NCBI GenBank assembly: GCA_965216875.1
Contig: OZ244207.1
Span: 4,640,001 to 4,704,000, forward strand
Direction: 5' to 3'
DNA from: Rubripirellula sp.
GTDB taxonomy: Bacteria; Planctomycetota; Planctomycetia; Pirellulales; Pirellulaceae
Length of the DNA: 64,000 bases
Shown: one piece after another, positions 1-11,194 of the stretch
How the letters are laid out: each line of letters opens with the position of its first letter
Numbering within the stretch: position 1 is the first letter of the stretch
Position numbers and translations under genes: made by a program
The notes under the pieces: model-generated
What the model was told of the DNA's origin: nothing
Database searches by the model: none
What the model saw: the letters and a program-made list of their open reading frames with translations, nothing else

Positions 1-268
1 ACGACGGATCGGCGGCGCCACCGCTGTCACCTAATTCGTAGACCAACGCGACACCATCGACCTGAATCGGACGCAGCCCGTGTGGAATCGCCGCTTCACG
101 CAACAACTCGGGAGGCTCGGGGACGGTAAGCAGTTCCTTCAGGCGCGCCTCTTCATCAGTGTCGTCACCACGCCCTGGCAAAAGACTGGTGCATCCGGCC
201 GAGACGCTCATCAAGGCCATGAAGAGACCGACAAAAGTGATCCAAAGGAAAGGGGGTCGCTTGGGCAT
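1..268 (-). CDS. FlgI (flagellar P-ring)-family lipoprotein, 5' part (runs off window start)
   Basis: Manual translation from ATG at 268: MPKRPPFLWITFVGLFMALMSVSAGC (lipobox) ... PIQVDGVALVYELGDSGG, resembling the FlgI N-terminal motif; frame open to the window edge; not in the ORF track. Confidence 0.55.
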   Translation of the reverse strand, partial: MPKRPPFLWITFVGLFMALMSVSAGCTSLLPGRGDDTDEEARLKELLTVPEPPELLREAAIPHGLRPIQVDGVALVYELGDSGGAADPS

Positions 269-345
269 CCGTGCCGCGCCTATTTGGGGAAAGAATCATG
301 AGAACGCAAGCATTTCTTAGCGAAAACAGCCTTTCCCAAGCAAGA

Positions 346-708
346 TCACTGCAGCTTCTTGTTCTCCTTGTGACGGGTCGCGTCGCGGCGTGTCTTTTTA
401 TCGAGGTTGCGTCGCAGAGCGTCGGTCAGGTCGATACCTGACTGATTGGCAAGGCAAATCGTGACAAACAGGACATCAGCCAGCTCATCGCCCAAATCCC
501 CCAGCTGCTGGCCCGGCTTGCAGGACTGCTCGCCTTTGGTTCGCGACAAGATCCTGGCAACCTCGCCCACTTCTTCAACAAGCTGCGCAAGGTTGGTCAT
601 TTCGTCAAAGTAGCGAACACCGATCGTCTTGATCCACTGGTCGACACATTGCTGCGCTTGCTGCAACGTGATCGCATCCTGCTCTTGCTCGGCCATCATT
701 GATATCAA
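346..708 (-). CDS. MazG-like nucleotide pyrophosphohydrolase (YpjD-like)
   Basis: LVEEVGEVAR...DELADVLF EExxE/ExxD motifs; 120 aa. Confidence 0.9.
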   Translation of the reverse strand: MISMMAEQEQDAITLQQAQQCVDQWIKTIGVRYFDEMTNLAQLVEEVGEVARILSRTKGEQSCKPGQQLGDLGDELADVLFVTICLANQSGIDLTDALRRNLDKKTRRDATRHKENKKLQ

Positions 709-714
709 ACCACC

Positions 715-1953
715 TTATTTCGCAAGCAGCAGGTAAGTGCCGCTTTTGCCAGCAACGGCGAGGTCAACTTTTCCGTCACCGTCGATGTCTTGGGTAACGA
801 TTTGCAAGCCGCAACCGACATGGCCTTCATCAACGGTTTGGCGCGCGAAGGTTTTGGTTTTCGGATCCCAGTCGTAGTAATAAAGGCAAGGCATTTCGTT
901 GCCACCGGGATCACGCCCATTGTGCCCGTAGTACCTTTTCCCGGTGATGAGTTCTGGTTGATCGTCGCCATCGATGTCGGACCATGCCAGTGTGTGCGGC
1001 TGACTGAAACTCTTGTCGATCTCATGTTCGGTCCATGCGATCTTGCCATTCTCGTCGGCACCGTCGTTTTGCCACCAGAACAGACCGTAATCGTGACCGT
1101 TGCCGATGATCAAGTCGCCATCGCCATCGGAATCCAAGTCGGCAATGACCATGGGGACCGATGCGTGTAGGACCCAATCTTTGTGAAATGTCCACGGCTT
1201 GGACCAGGGCTTGTCCTTCGGCTGTTCGTACCAGCCTTGGCCGACGACCACGTCCATCTTGCCGTCGCCGTTGAGGTCGCCGATTGCCAAACCATGCCCG
1301 TTGCCTTTTTCGCCGAGCACGTGAGGTTTCATCTCAAACTTGGCTGGAACGGACTTCGGTCCCTTGTTCTTGTTTGCGTTCTTTTCTTTGGTGATGACAA
1401 GCCGGTCGTTTGCTTTGGGAACAAGTCGCCAAATCAAAGTGGGAACGTCCTTTTTCCAGCTGTTGACGATCCACTCTGGCGTGCCGTCGCCATCGATGTC
1501 CTGGAACAGCTGGCCTTCATTGGCTGAGTTGCCCGTGTCGACCAAAACGTGTTGCTGCCAAAGTTTTCCGAGCCGCAAAGCCTCGGGGCCGGGATTCTCG
1601 TACCAGTGGACTTCGGTCGGCAGAAACGAGCCCGCGATGACATCGAGCCGCCCATCGGCGTTCACATCGAACAAAAAATCTCCATTACTTTGAACGTATC
1701 CATTCCAGTCCTCGATCGCCCTCAGTGGCCGTGGGGCCCAATCACCGCCTCGAAACCAGTTCCGGCCGGCGACCAGATCGGTCTTTCCGTCGCCGTCGAG
1801 ATCACCGGCGGCGATCCCTTCATTGGCGTCGAGGGTCAACAAACGGGGCTTGAACTGAGCGGGTGAGTCGGCCCAAACTGCCGAAAAACAGGGCAAAAGG
1901 GCGGAAAAGAGCGCGAAATGGGCAATCTGGTGAGATGGCATGATTTTCCTCAC
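715..1953 (-). CDS. Secreted FG-GAP/VCBS repeat protein
   Basis: Signal peptide; repeated DxDGDGxxD motifs (GDLDGDGKTD, DIDGDGTPE, GDLNGDGKMD, DIDGDGKVD). Confidence 0.85.
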   Translation of the reverse strand: MRKIMPSHQIAHFALFSALLPCFSAVWADSPAQFKPRLLTLDANEGIAAGDLDGDGKTDLVAGRNWFRGGDWAPRPLRAIEDWNGYVQSNGDFLFDVNADGRLDVIAGSFLPTEVHWYENPGPEALRLGKLWQQHVLVDTGNSANEGQLFQDIDGDGTPEWIVNSWKKDVPTLIWRLVPKANDRLVITKEKNANKNKGPKSVPAKFEMKPHVLGEKGNGHGLAIGDLNGDGKMDVVVGQGWYEQPKDKPWSKPWTFHKDWVLHASVPMVIADLDSDGDGDLIIGNGHDYGLFWWQNDGADENGKIAWTEHEIDKSFSQPHTLAWSDIDGDDQPELITGKRYYGHNGRDPGGNEMPCLYYYDWDPKTKTFARQTVDEGHVGCGLQIVTQDIDGDGKVDLAVAGKSGTYLLLAK

Positions 1954-2222
1954 GGCGGGGGGCGGTGGTGACTATGCTAACCAGTCTTTTGCCGGCGGTG
2001 TGATTGTCGTCGGTACGATAGCAACGTCACGGGGAGGCTCTTTGTGCCCAATTCGCCTGATCGCTACAAGCCTCCAAACAGCCCATTTGCTCCCTCGGTA
2101 AACCGCAGCCAGATGCGTGTTTGAGGGGGAGAGACCTGTTGACCCGAGGCCGGGAAAACCACGATTATACGCCCCTTCCATTCCCGTAATCGTTGCCGGC
2201 CTGACTGCCTCACTTCGATCTG

Positions 2223-2771
2223 TTGATTCGTACCACCAATCCCGAGCGATCCTTGAATCCTGTAACCGGAACCGAGCCGTTGTATCTGGAAGACATCGAA
2301 GTCGGCGATCGATGGCTGAGTGAGTGGAGGCAAATCACTGCTGATGATGTGGCCGACTTCGCGGCGCTGACGGGTGACCACGACCCGCTTCACAGTGCCG
2401 ATGCGGAAGAGTCCCCTTTTGGGGAACCGGTGGCACACGGACTGTTGGGATTAAGTGTGCTCGCCGGCCTTAGCAGTGAACAACCCAACGCAGCGACACT
2501 TGCCTTGGTCGGAATCTCCGATTGGCAATTCGAAGCGCCCATCTTCTTTGGCGACCAAGTTCAAGTGTTGACCGAAGTTGAAGAGATTCAACAGCATGGT
2601 CGACGCGCAGGTCGAGTCACCTGGGTCCGCCAACTTCTCAATCAACATGGACGCGTCGTCCAACGAGGACGCTTCGTCTCACTGGTGGCCACGCGAGCTC
2701 GCACACGCCGCCTCGAAACCGCCCAGCAGACCGCAGGCGCCAGCGCCGCCTTGCAAACGCAAAACAGCTAA
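2223..2771 (+). CDS. MaoC-family dehydratase (hotdog fold)
   Basis: FAALTGDHDPLH...PVAHG motif; start uncertain. Confidence 0.9.
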   Translation: MIRTTNPERSLNPVTGTEPLYLEDIEVGDRWLSEWRQITADDVADFAALTGDHDPLHSADAEESPFGEPVAHGLLGLSVLAGLSSEQPNAATLALVGISDWQFEAPIFFGDQVQVLTEVEEIQQHGRRAGRVTWVRQLLNQHGRVVQRGRFVSLVATRARTRRLETAQQTAGASAALQTQNS

Positions 2772-2798
2772 GCGCGAGCAGTCGTGCGTATCAACAAT

Positions 2799-2906
2799 CA
2801 CCCTCCCGCTTGCGGGAGGGTCGGACGCAAAGTCCGGGGAGGGATTGCTTCTTACAAAGAGAACCCTCTCCGGGCCTTAGAGCCCGACTCTCCCAAGGGA
2901 GAGTGC
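2799..2906. repeat. Palindromic repeat family A (CCCTCCCGCTTGCGGGAGGG...CTCTCCCAAGGGAGAG)
   Basis: Related inverted copies at 8552-8651 and 20809-20910; lies between convergent genes. Confidence 0.85.
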
Positions 2907-2938
2907 TAATACAATCTTCGGTACGAGCGCGCTCAATT

Positions 2939-3988
2939 CTACTCAACGCGTGCTGCGATCAATTCCTCGAGTGGCCCAACATCACTCAGCCACTCCAGTT
3001 CGATCACGATCGCTTGCAACGGTTTTCCGCCAAGGCGATCCGTTCTCAGCTTCACCAGATCCTTGTGCGTACAAACGACCACGTCGATTTGGTCGGCAAT
3101 GGATCGCACCCAATCACGCAGCTCGGCAACGGTCTCGGGAGCGTAGGGATCGTGATCGGGAAGATGGCGTGATTGAACAACCTCTGCGCCACATCCAGTG
3201 ATGGTCTCGGCGAACGCATCGGGATTCCCAATCGCACAGACCATTGCGACGCGTTTGCCTGCAAGTGATTCCATGGTCGACTCGTGATCGGGATACGTCC
3301 GCAAGTATGCTGGGCGATGATCACTGAGCAGAATCGGCACGGCGTCATTGATCGATGCGATCTGTTCTTTGATTCCTTTGATCGTTGTCTCATCAACCAA
3401 AGAGCAACGTGACAGTATCACGAGATCGGCCCGCCGGAACCCGTCGAGTGGCTCGCGCAGCAGTCCGCGTGGCAAGAGGTGCCCGAACCCAAAAGGACAT
3501 TTCGCGTCGACCACGACCAAGTTCAAATCGCGGTGGAGTCGCCGATGCTGGAACCCATCATCCATGATCACGACCTCCGATTCCAATTCATCGACCGCGA
3601 CCTCCGCCGCCGCGACGCGATCGGGATCTTGAATGTGAGGCACGTCGGGCAGGCGATCGTGTAGTTCGAGCGCTTCGTCATTGAAGTCTTGATCACCGCT
3701 GCCGTAACCGCGACTCACGATGGCAACCCGCTTGCCTTGACGACGCAGCATGGTTGCCAGCGCACAAACGACGGGCGTTTTGCCCGTGCCGCCGGTGGTC
3801 AAGTTCCCAACGCTGATCACCGGCGCGTCGACTTTGCAGACTTCGCGTTTACCACTTTCAAATTGTTGGTTACGCCGCGAGGCGCCGACGCGATAGGCCA
3901 AACTGGCAATCCACAAACCACCGCGCATCAGCGACGCGACCGGCCCGGTACGCTCGCCACTCATGATCGCGCGATGATAAAATGCCAT
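2939..3988 (-). CDS. lpxK: Tetraacyldisaccharide 4'-kinase
   Basis: VISVGNLTTGGTGKTP, SRGYG, DDGFQH, LLPRGLLRE motifs. Confidence 0.95.
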   Translation of the reverse strand: MAFYHRAIMSGERTGPVASLMRGGLWIASLAYRVGASRRNQQFESGKREVCKVDAPVISVGNLTTGGTGKTPVVCALATMLRRQGKRVAIVSRGYGSGDQDFNDEALELHDRLPDVPHIQDPDRVAAAEVAVDELESEVVIMDDGFQHRRLHRDLNLVVVDAKCPFGFGHLLPRGLLREPLDGFRRADLVILSRCSLVDETTIKGIKEQIASINDAVPILLSDHRPAYLRTYPDHESTMESLAGKRVAMVCAIGNPDAFAETITGCGAEVVQSRHLPDHDPYAPETVAELRDWVRSIADQIDVVVCTHKDLVKLRTDRLGGKPLQAIVIELEWLSDVGPLEELIAARVE

Positions 3989-4017
3989 TGAAAACTCGTA
4001 AAGGTGTAGGTCCGTTT

Positions 4018-4157
4018 GTAGTAGCGTCTTTAGGCGGAAGAGCCTGAAGATTCCGGTGAGAGCTTGGTACTACGAACGACTCGCCGATCCAGCGCGTGTC
4101 ATGCACAGCATGACCTACAACTACAATCCAACACATGTCATGCACAGCATGACCTAC
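4018..4157. repeat. REP cluster: family B pair plus two copies of family C (TGTCATGCACAGCATGACCTAC)
   Basis: GTAGTAGCG...GTACTACGAAC similar to 6761-6810; family C is the reverse complement of 8697-8720. Confidence 0.8.
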
Positions 4158-4174
4158 AACGTACGTGACTTGCA

Positions 4175-6646
4175 CTAGTTGCGTCGTCCCAACCCAATCA
4201 AGTCTTCGCTCTCGCTGCCCGGTTGAGCCAACATTTCGTCGGTGCTTTGCGGGTCGATCTTACGACAGGTTTCCGTCAATCGCTCAGCAAGTTCGTCGAG
4301 CGGATCTTCCCACGTTTCGACCGTCGACTCCAGCGGTGGCACGTTGGCCATTTCATCCAGCAACAAAATCATCCGCAAACAGTGCCGAAACAGAATCCCC
4401 TCTTCCTTTTGTAACTTTCGCGTCGTGACGTACTTGTTGAAGTCACCGCCAAACTCAAGCAACTCACCGACAATCCAAACCGGCCGGACATTGACGTTCA
4501 CGCGAGGAAACTGATCGCGAAACAGACGCTGGATTTTCTCGCCGATGCTTAATGGATAGACGCGAGGTTCATCGAACATCACTCTCCCAAAACCTCGGTC
4601 GCGCACCTCTTCCTCGTCATCGTCCCCGCCGCCCGCACCGAGCTCTTCGGGTGTAGCCAAACCGAGCTGCAGCAATTGTGGATCGAGGCGAGTCTTGGCC
4701 AGCGTTCCTGGCGGCATGTCTTCGAGCGACGGCATACGGGCGAATCGGGCGACGGTGCCGGGAACTTCAAGCACACTTTCAAGTGCCGCAATTCGTTCAT
4801 TAGGATCGGCGATCGCAAGCTGATCGGCCAAGTAGACACCGTACAGCGGATTGACGCTCCGTAGGTGAATCAATCGCTCGATCCGCTCCGTCGGAGTCGC
4901 CGTCACCGGTCGGTAGTCCTCGGTTTCGAAGACCTGGTTTCCTTTGGCGTCTGGATCGGCTTCGGGTGCTTCTTCCTCGGCCGGCTTGTCTTGTTCCGCC
5001 GATTCGTCGATGCGCATTTGATCAAGCAACGCTCCGAAGAGTCCTTCGGTTGGCTTTGGCGCTGCGTCCTCTTTCTTTTCACCCTTTTTGGGCGGCCCCT
5101 TTTGAGTGGCGATCCGCGGTTTGGGATCGAGTTCGATGTAGCCTGCCGTCCAAAGAGTGATCAGCATTCGATTCAAGTCGCGTTGGGCTTCGTCCATCCC
5201 CTTGGGATTGAGAAGTCGCCGTCCGACCATGTCGCGGATCGGCTGCACGTTCGGGTCACGATCAAGCAGGTAGGCGAGGAGCCGCCAAGGCAATTGACCA
5301 CGACTGCTCAGATTCGCCGCCGATGCTTGCTGCAATTGTTCGAATTGCCCCTGAGTCCAATAGGTTTCGCCTGTTCGACGTTTGGGCATCTTCTTCTTGA
5401 GTTGCTTTTTCGCCTTCAGCAATCCCGGGTCTTTGGTGTCTTCGGGTATCGCATCGTACCTTTCACGCCAACGATGAAGCTTGACGTCGTCTTCGTGAGC
5501 GAGCGCGAAGACGTAGCCGCGATCATCAAATTGTGGCCGCCCCGCGCGTCCAAAGATCTGTTGGGCCGATGCAATTTCGATCAACTTCTTTTTGTCTTTG
5601 GGGCCTTTCAAAAGACTCGGCAGCACCACACTGCGAGCTGGCAGGTTGATTCCGGCAGCAAGCGTTTCGGTACAAACACAGACGCTCAGCAATTTGCGTT
5701 GAAACAGTTCCTCGACCATCCGGCGATAGCGTGGCAAAACACCTGCGTGATGCACGCCAACGCCGCGCATCAAGATCTGCTTCATCTTGGGCCCGGCACC
5801 TTCGGACATGTCGGCGGCATTGAGGTATTCGGCCAACTCGGCTTGCCGCGACTTGTCGATCAAGCTTTTGCCCTTGAGCATTTCGGCGGTCGTCCAACAT
5901 TGGCCACGACTAAAGCAGAACATCAACGAGGGCGTCCTTCGCTCGTCGGCATCACCGGCAGAGATTTTTTCGGCAAAGTCGTTGATCAATTCGTCGGGAA
6001 CCCATTCGTACTGCAGCGGCACCTTTCGCTCCGTGCCGGTGACCAATTGCAACCGACGATTGTGGGCGCGTGTCAACCACGACGTGAACTCCATCGCGTT
6101 GCCAACGGTCGCACTCAGCAGCAGCGTGCGCACATGAGCGGGTAACAACCCCAACGTCAATTCCCAGACGATGCCGCGCTCGCGATCGTTGAACGAATGA
6201 AACTCGTCCATCACCACCGAAGTGACGCGAGAAAAGTCGAACGCTTCCTCGTTAAGCAATCGGTTGAGCAGGATTTCGGCAACCACAACCAGGACCGGCG
6301 CGTCGGGATTGACGCGGCGATTGCCAGTGACCAAACCGACTTGATCCGCCGAAAATCCCCACCGCACAGCGCTTTCTCGAAGCTCGTCGAGCTTTTGGTC
6401 TGTCAACGCGATCAACGGCGTCGTGTAATACATCTGGGTGCCGGTCCGCAGCGCCTCGTAGACGGCCGCTTCGGCGATGAGCGTTTTCCCGGTCCCGGTT
6501 GGCGCGCATACCAGCACGCCCTGATCACCAGTGAAATACGCAAGCAGTGCCTCCTCTTGCACCGGGTAGGGCTCAAACGAAAGCAGGTCAAAGTATTCGG
6601 CTGCGAGCTCGTCGCGATCGGGTGTGGTCTCGGCGTTGTCAGTCAT
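4175..6646 (-). CDS. Ski2/HelY-like DEAD/DEAH-box helicase
   Basis: APTGTGKT, DEFH, LSAT, TETLAAGINLPA, QIFGRAGR motifs. Confidence 0.9.
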   Translation of the reverse strand: MTDNAETTPDRDELAAEYFDLLSFEPYPVQEEALLAYFTGDQGVLVCAPTGTGKTLIAEAAVYEALRTGTQMYYTTPLIALTDQKLDELRESAVRWGFSADQVGLVTGNRRVNPDAPVLVVVAEILLNRLLNEEAFDFSRVTSVVMDEFHSFNDRERGIVWELTLGLLPAHVRTLLLSATVGNAMEFTSWLTRAHNRRLQLVTGTERKVPLQYEWVPDELINDFAEKISAGDADERRTPSLMFCFSRGQCWTTAEMLKGKSLIDKSRQAELAEYLNAADMSEGAGPKMKQILMRGVGVHHAGVLPRYRRMVEELFQRKLLSVCVCTETLAAGINLPARSVVLPSLLKGPKDKKKLIEIASAQQIFGRAGRPQFDDRGYVFALAHEDDVKLHRWRERYDAIPEDTKDPGLLKAKKQLKKKMPKRRTGETYWTQGQFEQLQQASAANLSSRGQLPWRLLAYLLDRDPNVQPIRDMVGRRLLNPKGMDEAQRDLNRMLITLWTAGYIELDPKPRIATQKGPPKKGEKKEDAAPKPTEGLFGALLDQMRIDESAEQDKPAEEEAPEADPDAKGNQVFETEDYRPVTATPTERIERLIHLRSVNPLYGVYLADQLAIADPNERIAALESVLEVPGTVARFARMPSLEDMPPGTLAKTRLDPQLLQLGLATPEELGAGGGDDDEEEVRDRGFGRVMFDEPRVYPLSIGEKIQRLFRDQFPRVNVNVRPVWIVGELLEFGGDFNKYVTTRKLQKEEGILFRHCLRMILLLDEMANVPPLESTVETWEDPLDELAERLTETCRKIDPQSTDEMLAQPGSESEDLIGLGRRN

Positions 6647-6760
6647 TGCATCCTTTCAGGGAACGATTGCGGCAGTTTTAGCAGGTTGCCGCGCCGCTGC
6701 CCGTCCGGGATCTGGCTGAACAAGCGAATTCGGCCCAAAATGACCGTTGTATTCTCGTTT

Positions 6761-6810
6761 GTAGTACCGCCTTTAGGCGGAAGATTCCGGCTGAAGCCGG
6801 TACTACGAAC
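6761..6810. repeat. GTAG-type REP pair (family B)
   Basis: GTAGTACCGCCTTTAGGCGG...CCGGCTGAAGCCGGTACTAC inverted pair; related copies at 8727, 46139 and 51455. Confidence 0.8.
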
Positions 6811-6863
6811 CCAAAATCGACGTGCGTCTTGCCGCTCATCAATCATCCGACCGATCATCGACC

Positions 6864-8210
6864 ATGAACAACGCCTTCGACGATGCCTTGAAAATTTGGA
6901 ACGCGGGCGTCGATGCAGTGCGTGCTCAACCGCTGGTCGAAAACTCAGTCACGGTCGAGGGCGGCCAGCTTTCGATTGATCACCACACATGGTCGCTCGC
7001 TGATTTTGATCGTGTCGTTGTCGTTGGGGCAGGGAAGGCCGGTTCAGCGATGGCAGCAGGCTTGGTCCATGCAGTCGGTGGAGCCTTGCCGGTGCTCGGC
7101 TGGGTCAACGTGCCGGCCGGGACCGAGCGTGACGTGCCCGGCATCACGACACACCCCGCACGTCCCGCTGGTGTCAACGAACCGACCGAAGTAGGTGTCG
7201 CCGGCACGGAGAAGATTCTTGAACTTGTCCAACAGTCGACTTCGCGCGACTTGGTGATCGCATTGATCTCTGGCGGCGGAAGTGCCCTGCTTCCTGCGCC
7301 TGCACCAGGCATCACGCTTGAAGACAAGCTTGCCGTCACGCGTTTGCTGTCGGGTGGCGGCGCGGACATCACCGAACTCAATACCGTCCGCAAACATCTC
7401 AGTCGCATCAAAGGAGGTGGACTGCTGGCCGCCTGCCGCGACGCAACACTGGTCACATTGATTCTCTCGGATGTCCTTGGCGACCCTCTCGACATGATCG
7501 CTTCGGGACCGACCGTCCCCGACACAACCACACCTGACGACGCTCTCGAGTTACTTGCGAAGTTTGATCCCGATCGAGCGTTGCCCAATCGCGTCTATGT
7601 AACGCTCAAGGATGCTCCCCAAAAGTTCGATCAGCCGAGTTGCCACCACACCAACATTGTCCTTGGCAACAATGCCGTTGCCGTCGACGAGGCTGGCATC
7701 ATGGCCGAGAGCTTGGGCTACAACCATGCGATGCAATCGGCTCGAAGTTGCGAAGGCGCAGCGGAAGACGTTGGCATTGGACTCGCACGAATGGTCGTTG
7801 AAATGCTCAACCAAAGCCCTGACCAGCACCGCACCGATTGCCTCATCACCGGCGGCGAACCGACGGTCACGCTGGCCCCATCGGACATTCGCGGGCGCGG
7901 TGGCCGGAATCAACAATTGGTCTTGGCTGCCTATCAAACGTTGCGCGGCCTCGATCTTGATGAGCGTGACTGGGACCGGCTCGCGATCCTTTCGGGCGGC
8001 ACCGATGGAGAAGATGGACCGACCGATGCAGCCGGCGCGATCCTTAACGGAGCGATTCATCGTCAAGCGATGGCCCTAAACCTTGATATTGCAGACCATT
8101 TGAAACGAAACGACGCCTACTCGTTTTTCGAAGCAGCAGGTGGTTTGATCATGACCGGTCCGACGGGGACCAATGTTTGTGATGTCCGCGTCGCGTTGGT
8201 GACGAGCTGA
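6864..8210 (+). CDS. Glycerate kinase type 2 (MOFRL family)
   Basis: GAGKAG, ISGGGSAL, IASGPT, GGEPTV, GRGGRNQ, GTDGEDG, TGTNVCD motifs. Confidence 0.92.
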   Translation: MNNAFDDALKIWNAGVDAVRAQPLVENSVTVEGGQLSIDHHTWSLADFDRVVVVGAGKAGSAMAAGLVHAVGGALPVLGWVNVPAGTERDVPGITTHPARPAGVNEPTEVGVAGTEKILELVQQSTSRDLVIALISGGGSALLPAPAPGITLEDKLAVTRLLSGGGADITELNTVRKHLSRIKGGGLLAACRDATLVTLILSDVLGDPLDMIASGPTVPDTTTPDDALELLAKFDPDRALPNRVYVTLKDAPQKFDQPSCHHTNIVLGNNAVAVDEAGIMAESLGYNHAMQSARSCEGAAEDVGIGLARMVVEMLNQSPDQHRTDCLITGGEPTVTLAPSDIRGRGGRNQQLVLAAYQTLRGLDLDERDWDRLAILSGGTDGEDGPTDAAGAILNGAIHRQAMALNLDIADHLKRNDAYSFFEAAGGLIMTGPTGTNVCDVRVALVTS

Positions 8211-8355
8211 GCGCCGGTCACCCCATCGCCAGCCCTCTCCGAGTTTTTGCAAGCATCCGCATTATCGAGAGGCGAAGGTAGGCGAAACGTAGGAAGTCCC
8301 GTAGACTGAACCCTTGACGCGAAAGGCTCAATTCGTCTTACCAACAAGGATGATA

Positions 8356-8514
8356 ATGTCGTCAGGTCGCCAGAGATGCCGACACTGCCAATGCCACACT
8401 CGGCGTGCGCGCCGAAGATGGTTCGAGCGTCTTCTTTTTGTTCGCAAGACCTACCTGTGTAACAACTGCGGTCGCCGACTCTACAAGACCTATCTCTTTG
8501 GTCTGACCCTGTAG
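8356..8514 (+). CDS. Small basic zinc-ribbon-like protein (52 aa)
   Basis: AAGGA RBS upstream; CRHC...CNNC pair in MSSGRQRCRHCQCHTRRARRRWFERLLFVRKTYLCNNCGRR. Confidence 0.5.
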   Translation: MSSGRQRCRHCQCHTRRARRRWFERLLFVRKTYLCNNCGRRLYKTYLFGLTL

Positions 8515-8551
8515 TGGTGCATCTAGCTCTATGTGTCATGCATCCGGCTGG

Positions 8552-8972
8552 CACTCTCCCTTGGGAGAGTCGGGCTCTCAGGTCCGGTGAGGGACACGTC
8601 GAACGGCCCTCCCCGGGCTTTAGCGCCCGACCCTCCCACAAGTGGGAGGGTAATTCCGGTTGAAACAGTGCATGACATTTATCGCTAGATCAACCAGTAG
8701 GTCATGCTCTGCATGACACGAAGTGAGTTCGGAGTACCGAGCTTTAGCCGGAATCTTCTCTCGTTCCGCCTAAAGGCGGGACTACGAACGGTGCGAGCCG
8801 AACACGCTCGCGTCGGGGCACGGAACGAAGAAAGAACCACCCGCAAAGAACCTCCATCGCACTTACTCCTGCTCGTACTCACCGAAGCAGTACTCCGACT
8901 CGCCATGCCTCCGTGCCCTCGGTGAACTCCGTGCCCTCGGTGAACTCCGTGCCCTCGGTGAACTCTGTGGCT
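8552..8972. repeat. Composite repeat cluster: family A, family C, family B and an 18-bp tandem (CTCCGTGCCCTCGGTGAA) x3
   Basis: Direct comparison with the other copies; tandem visible at about 8908-8962. Confidence 0.8.
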
Positions 8973-9113
8973 CAACCAAAAACCGGCGGCTAGCGTCTTG
9001 CCGCTCAATGGTGCCGGACGCCAACGCATTCGGCTCACCAGTCTGGGTCCGCGTCGCACGGTTACGGGTTAAAGTGATGTGCCCGCATCCAGCCTTCACT
9101 CCAAAGCCCCTCG

Positions 9114-11099
9114 ATGACCCAACCCGATTTTTTCGCCGCCCCGACTGATCCGTCGCAGTTGCAAACCAAAGCAGACGGTCCCTCTGGTTCGTTGCCGCTG
9201 AGTGACGAAATCTTGCGCAATTGGAGCAGTGGTGACCTCTTTGGGCTAACACAAAGTGTGGGCATGGGTTTTGACCCGCGGCGAGTCCTTGGTGACCAGT
9301 ACTTGGTCCTCAGCACTCAGGGCGGCGTACGCGCTCCGGACGGAACGCCCATCGCCCTCGGTTATCACACCGGACACTGGGAGGTCGGGTTGTTGGTTCA
9401 AGCGGCTGCCGAACAAATCGAAGCGTCGGGCGGTGTTCCCTTTGCCGCTTTCTGCAGCGACCCTTGCGATGGGCGCAGTCAGGGAACGCGCGGGATGTTC
9501 GATTCATTGCCGTATCGCAATGATGCCGCAATCGTGATGCGTCGGCTCATCCGATCCCTGCCGCGGCGCAAAGGAGTGATCGGGATCGCGACGTGCGACA
9601 AAGGCTTGCCAGCGATGATGATGGCGCTAGCGGGTTGTGGTGACTTGGCAAACGTCCTCGTTCCTGGTGGCGTCACGCTTCCGCCGACGGTTGGTGAAGA
9701 CGCCGGAAAAGTCCAAACGATCGGCGCCCGCTACTCGCGTGGCGAAATGACACTCGAAGAAGCCTCACTCGAAGGATGCCGCGCCTGCGGGACGCCTGGC
9801 GGCGGTTGTCAATTCCTGGGCACGGCGGCGACAAGCCAAGTGGTTGCCGAAGCACTGGGCATGACCGTTCCCCACGCGGCGCTTGCGCCAAGCGGCCAAC
9901 CCATTTGGACTCAGCTTGCTCGCGACTCGTCGGACGCAGCGCGCTTGATGGCCGGGCGTGATGAAACACTCAATGACATCCTGACCGACGGTGCGGTTTA
10001 CAACGCAATGTTGATCCACGCCGCGGTTGGTGGCAGCACCAATTTGCTGTTACATATTCCGGCAATCGCAGCCGCCGCGAAACGAACACGTCCTGACGCG
10101 AACGCATTTAGTGAAGTCAACAAACTTGTCCCGCGTTTCGTCGACTGCCTCCCCAACGGCCCCGTCGGCCACCCAACGGTGCAACTCTTTCTGGCCGGTG
10201 GTGTTCCCGAAGTTGCCTGGCATCTACGTGAACTCGGGTTACTTCGTAGCGAAGAACGCACTGTCACTGGTCTGACTTGGGACGAGTTGCTTGACCAGTG
10301 GCGCGAGAGTGATCGTCGCAAGGCTTGTCGAGAACGACTCCGCGAAGCCGATGGCGTGGACCCCGATGAAGTGATCATTCCGCCGGCCGAGGCAAGACGC
10401 CGACGGATGACGAGCACCGTATGCTTTCCAAAGGGCAATCTGTGCCCAGAAGGATCGGTGATCAAATCGACCTCGATCGACCCGTCAGTGGTGGACGACG
10501 ATAACGTTTATCGCAAACGAGGTCCGGCCCGAGTCTTCACAACGGAACGGGATGCGATTGCAGCGATCAAGAGTCAAACCGACACTGCCATTCAAGCGGG
10601 CGACATCATCGTTCTGATTGGACGTGGCCCGCTCGGATGCGGAATGGAAGAGACGTACCAGATCACATCGGCGCTCAAGTACTTGTCGTTTGGCAAAGAA
10701 GTCGCACTGGTAACCGATGCCAGGTTCTCGGGCGTCAGTACGGGTGCCTGTGTCGGTCACGTGGGTCCCGAAGCCCTAGCCGGTGGTCCAATCGCCAAGG
10801 TACGAGACGGCGACATCATCGAAATCGAAATCGATCGCAACACGCTTGCCGGGCGGGTCGACCTTGTTGAAACCGTTGATAGCGATCCATCTGATTCAGT
10901 GGAGTCCGTTCTTGAGACGCGACCGCCACACCCGGACCTTCAGGTCGAAGCGGAAATGCCAGCCGACACCCGACTTTGGGCGGCCCTGCAGCAGGCGGGC
11001 GGCGGCACCTGGGGGGGCTGCGTCTACGATGTGGATGAGATCGTTTTGACGCTCGAAGAAGGCATTAAAGCGAGGCAGCGGCGGGGAGAATTGCCTTAA
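9114..11099 (+). CDS. YjhG/YagF-family sugar-acid (D-xylonate) dehydratase, IlvD/Edd superfamily
   Basis: [45 protein letters not shown] motifs. Confidence 0.9.
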   Translation: MTQPDFFAAPTDPSQLQTKADGPSGSLPLSDEILRNWSSGDLFGLTQSVGMGFDPRRVLGDQYLVLSTQGGVRAPDGTPIALGYHTGHWEVGLLVQAAAEQIEASGGVPFAAFCSDPCDGRSQGTRGMFDSLPYRNDAAIVMRRLIRSLPRRKGVIGIATCDKGLPAMMMALAGCGDLANVLVPGGVTLPPTVGEDAGKVQTIGARYSRGEMTLEEASLEGCRACGTPGGGCQFLGTAATSQVVAEALGMTVPHAALAPSGQPIWTQLARDSSDAARLMAGRDETLNDILTDGAVYNAMLIHAAVGGSTNLLLHIPAIAAAAKRTRPDANAFSEVNKLVPRFVDCLPNGPVGHPTVQLFLAGGVPEVAWHLRELGLLRSEERTVTGLTWDELLDQWRESDRRKACRERLREADGVDPDEVIIPPAEARRRRMTSTVCFPKGNLCPEGSVIKSTSIDPSVVDDDNVYRKRGPARVFTTERDAIAAIKSQTDTAIQAGDIIVLIGRGPLGCGMEETYQITSALKYLSFGKEVALVTDARFSGVSTGACVGHVGPEALAGGPIAKVRDGDIIEIEIDRNTLAGRVDLVETVDSDPSDSVESVLETRPPHPDLQVEAEMPADTRLWAALQQAGGGTWGGCVYDVDEIVLTLEEGIKARQRRGELP

Positions 11100-11194
11100 G
11101 CGGTAGCCCTTGCGATCACCTCAATTGCAGGGATAATCGACGCCTGAAAAACAAGGCGTCCCCTCAATATCCACCGAACCCCAGGTAGCTTGTC

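Noticed and set aside
8268..8330. c-di-GMP-I riboswitch-like words (GGCGAA...GACGCGAAAG)
   Set aside because: The required P1/P2 pairing could not be built; it needs an Rfam cmscan
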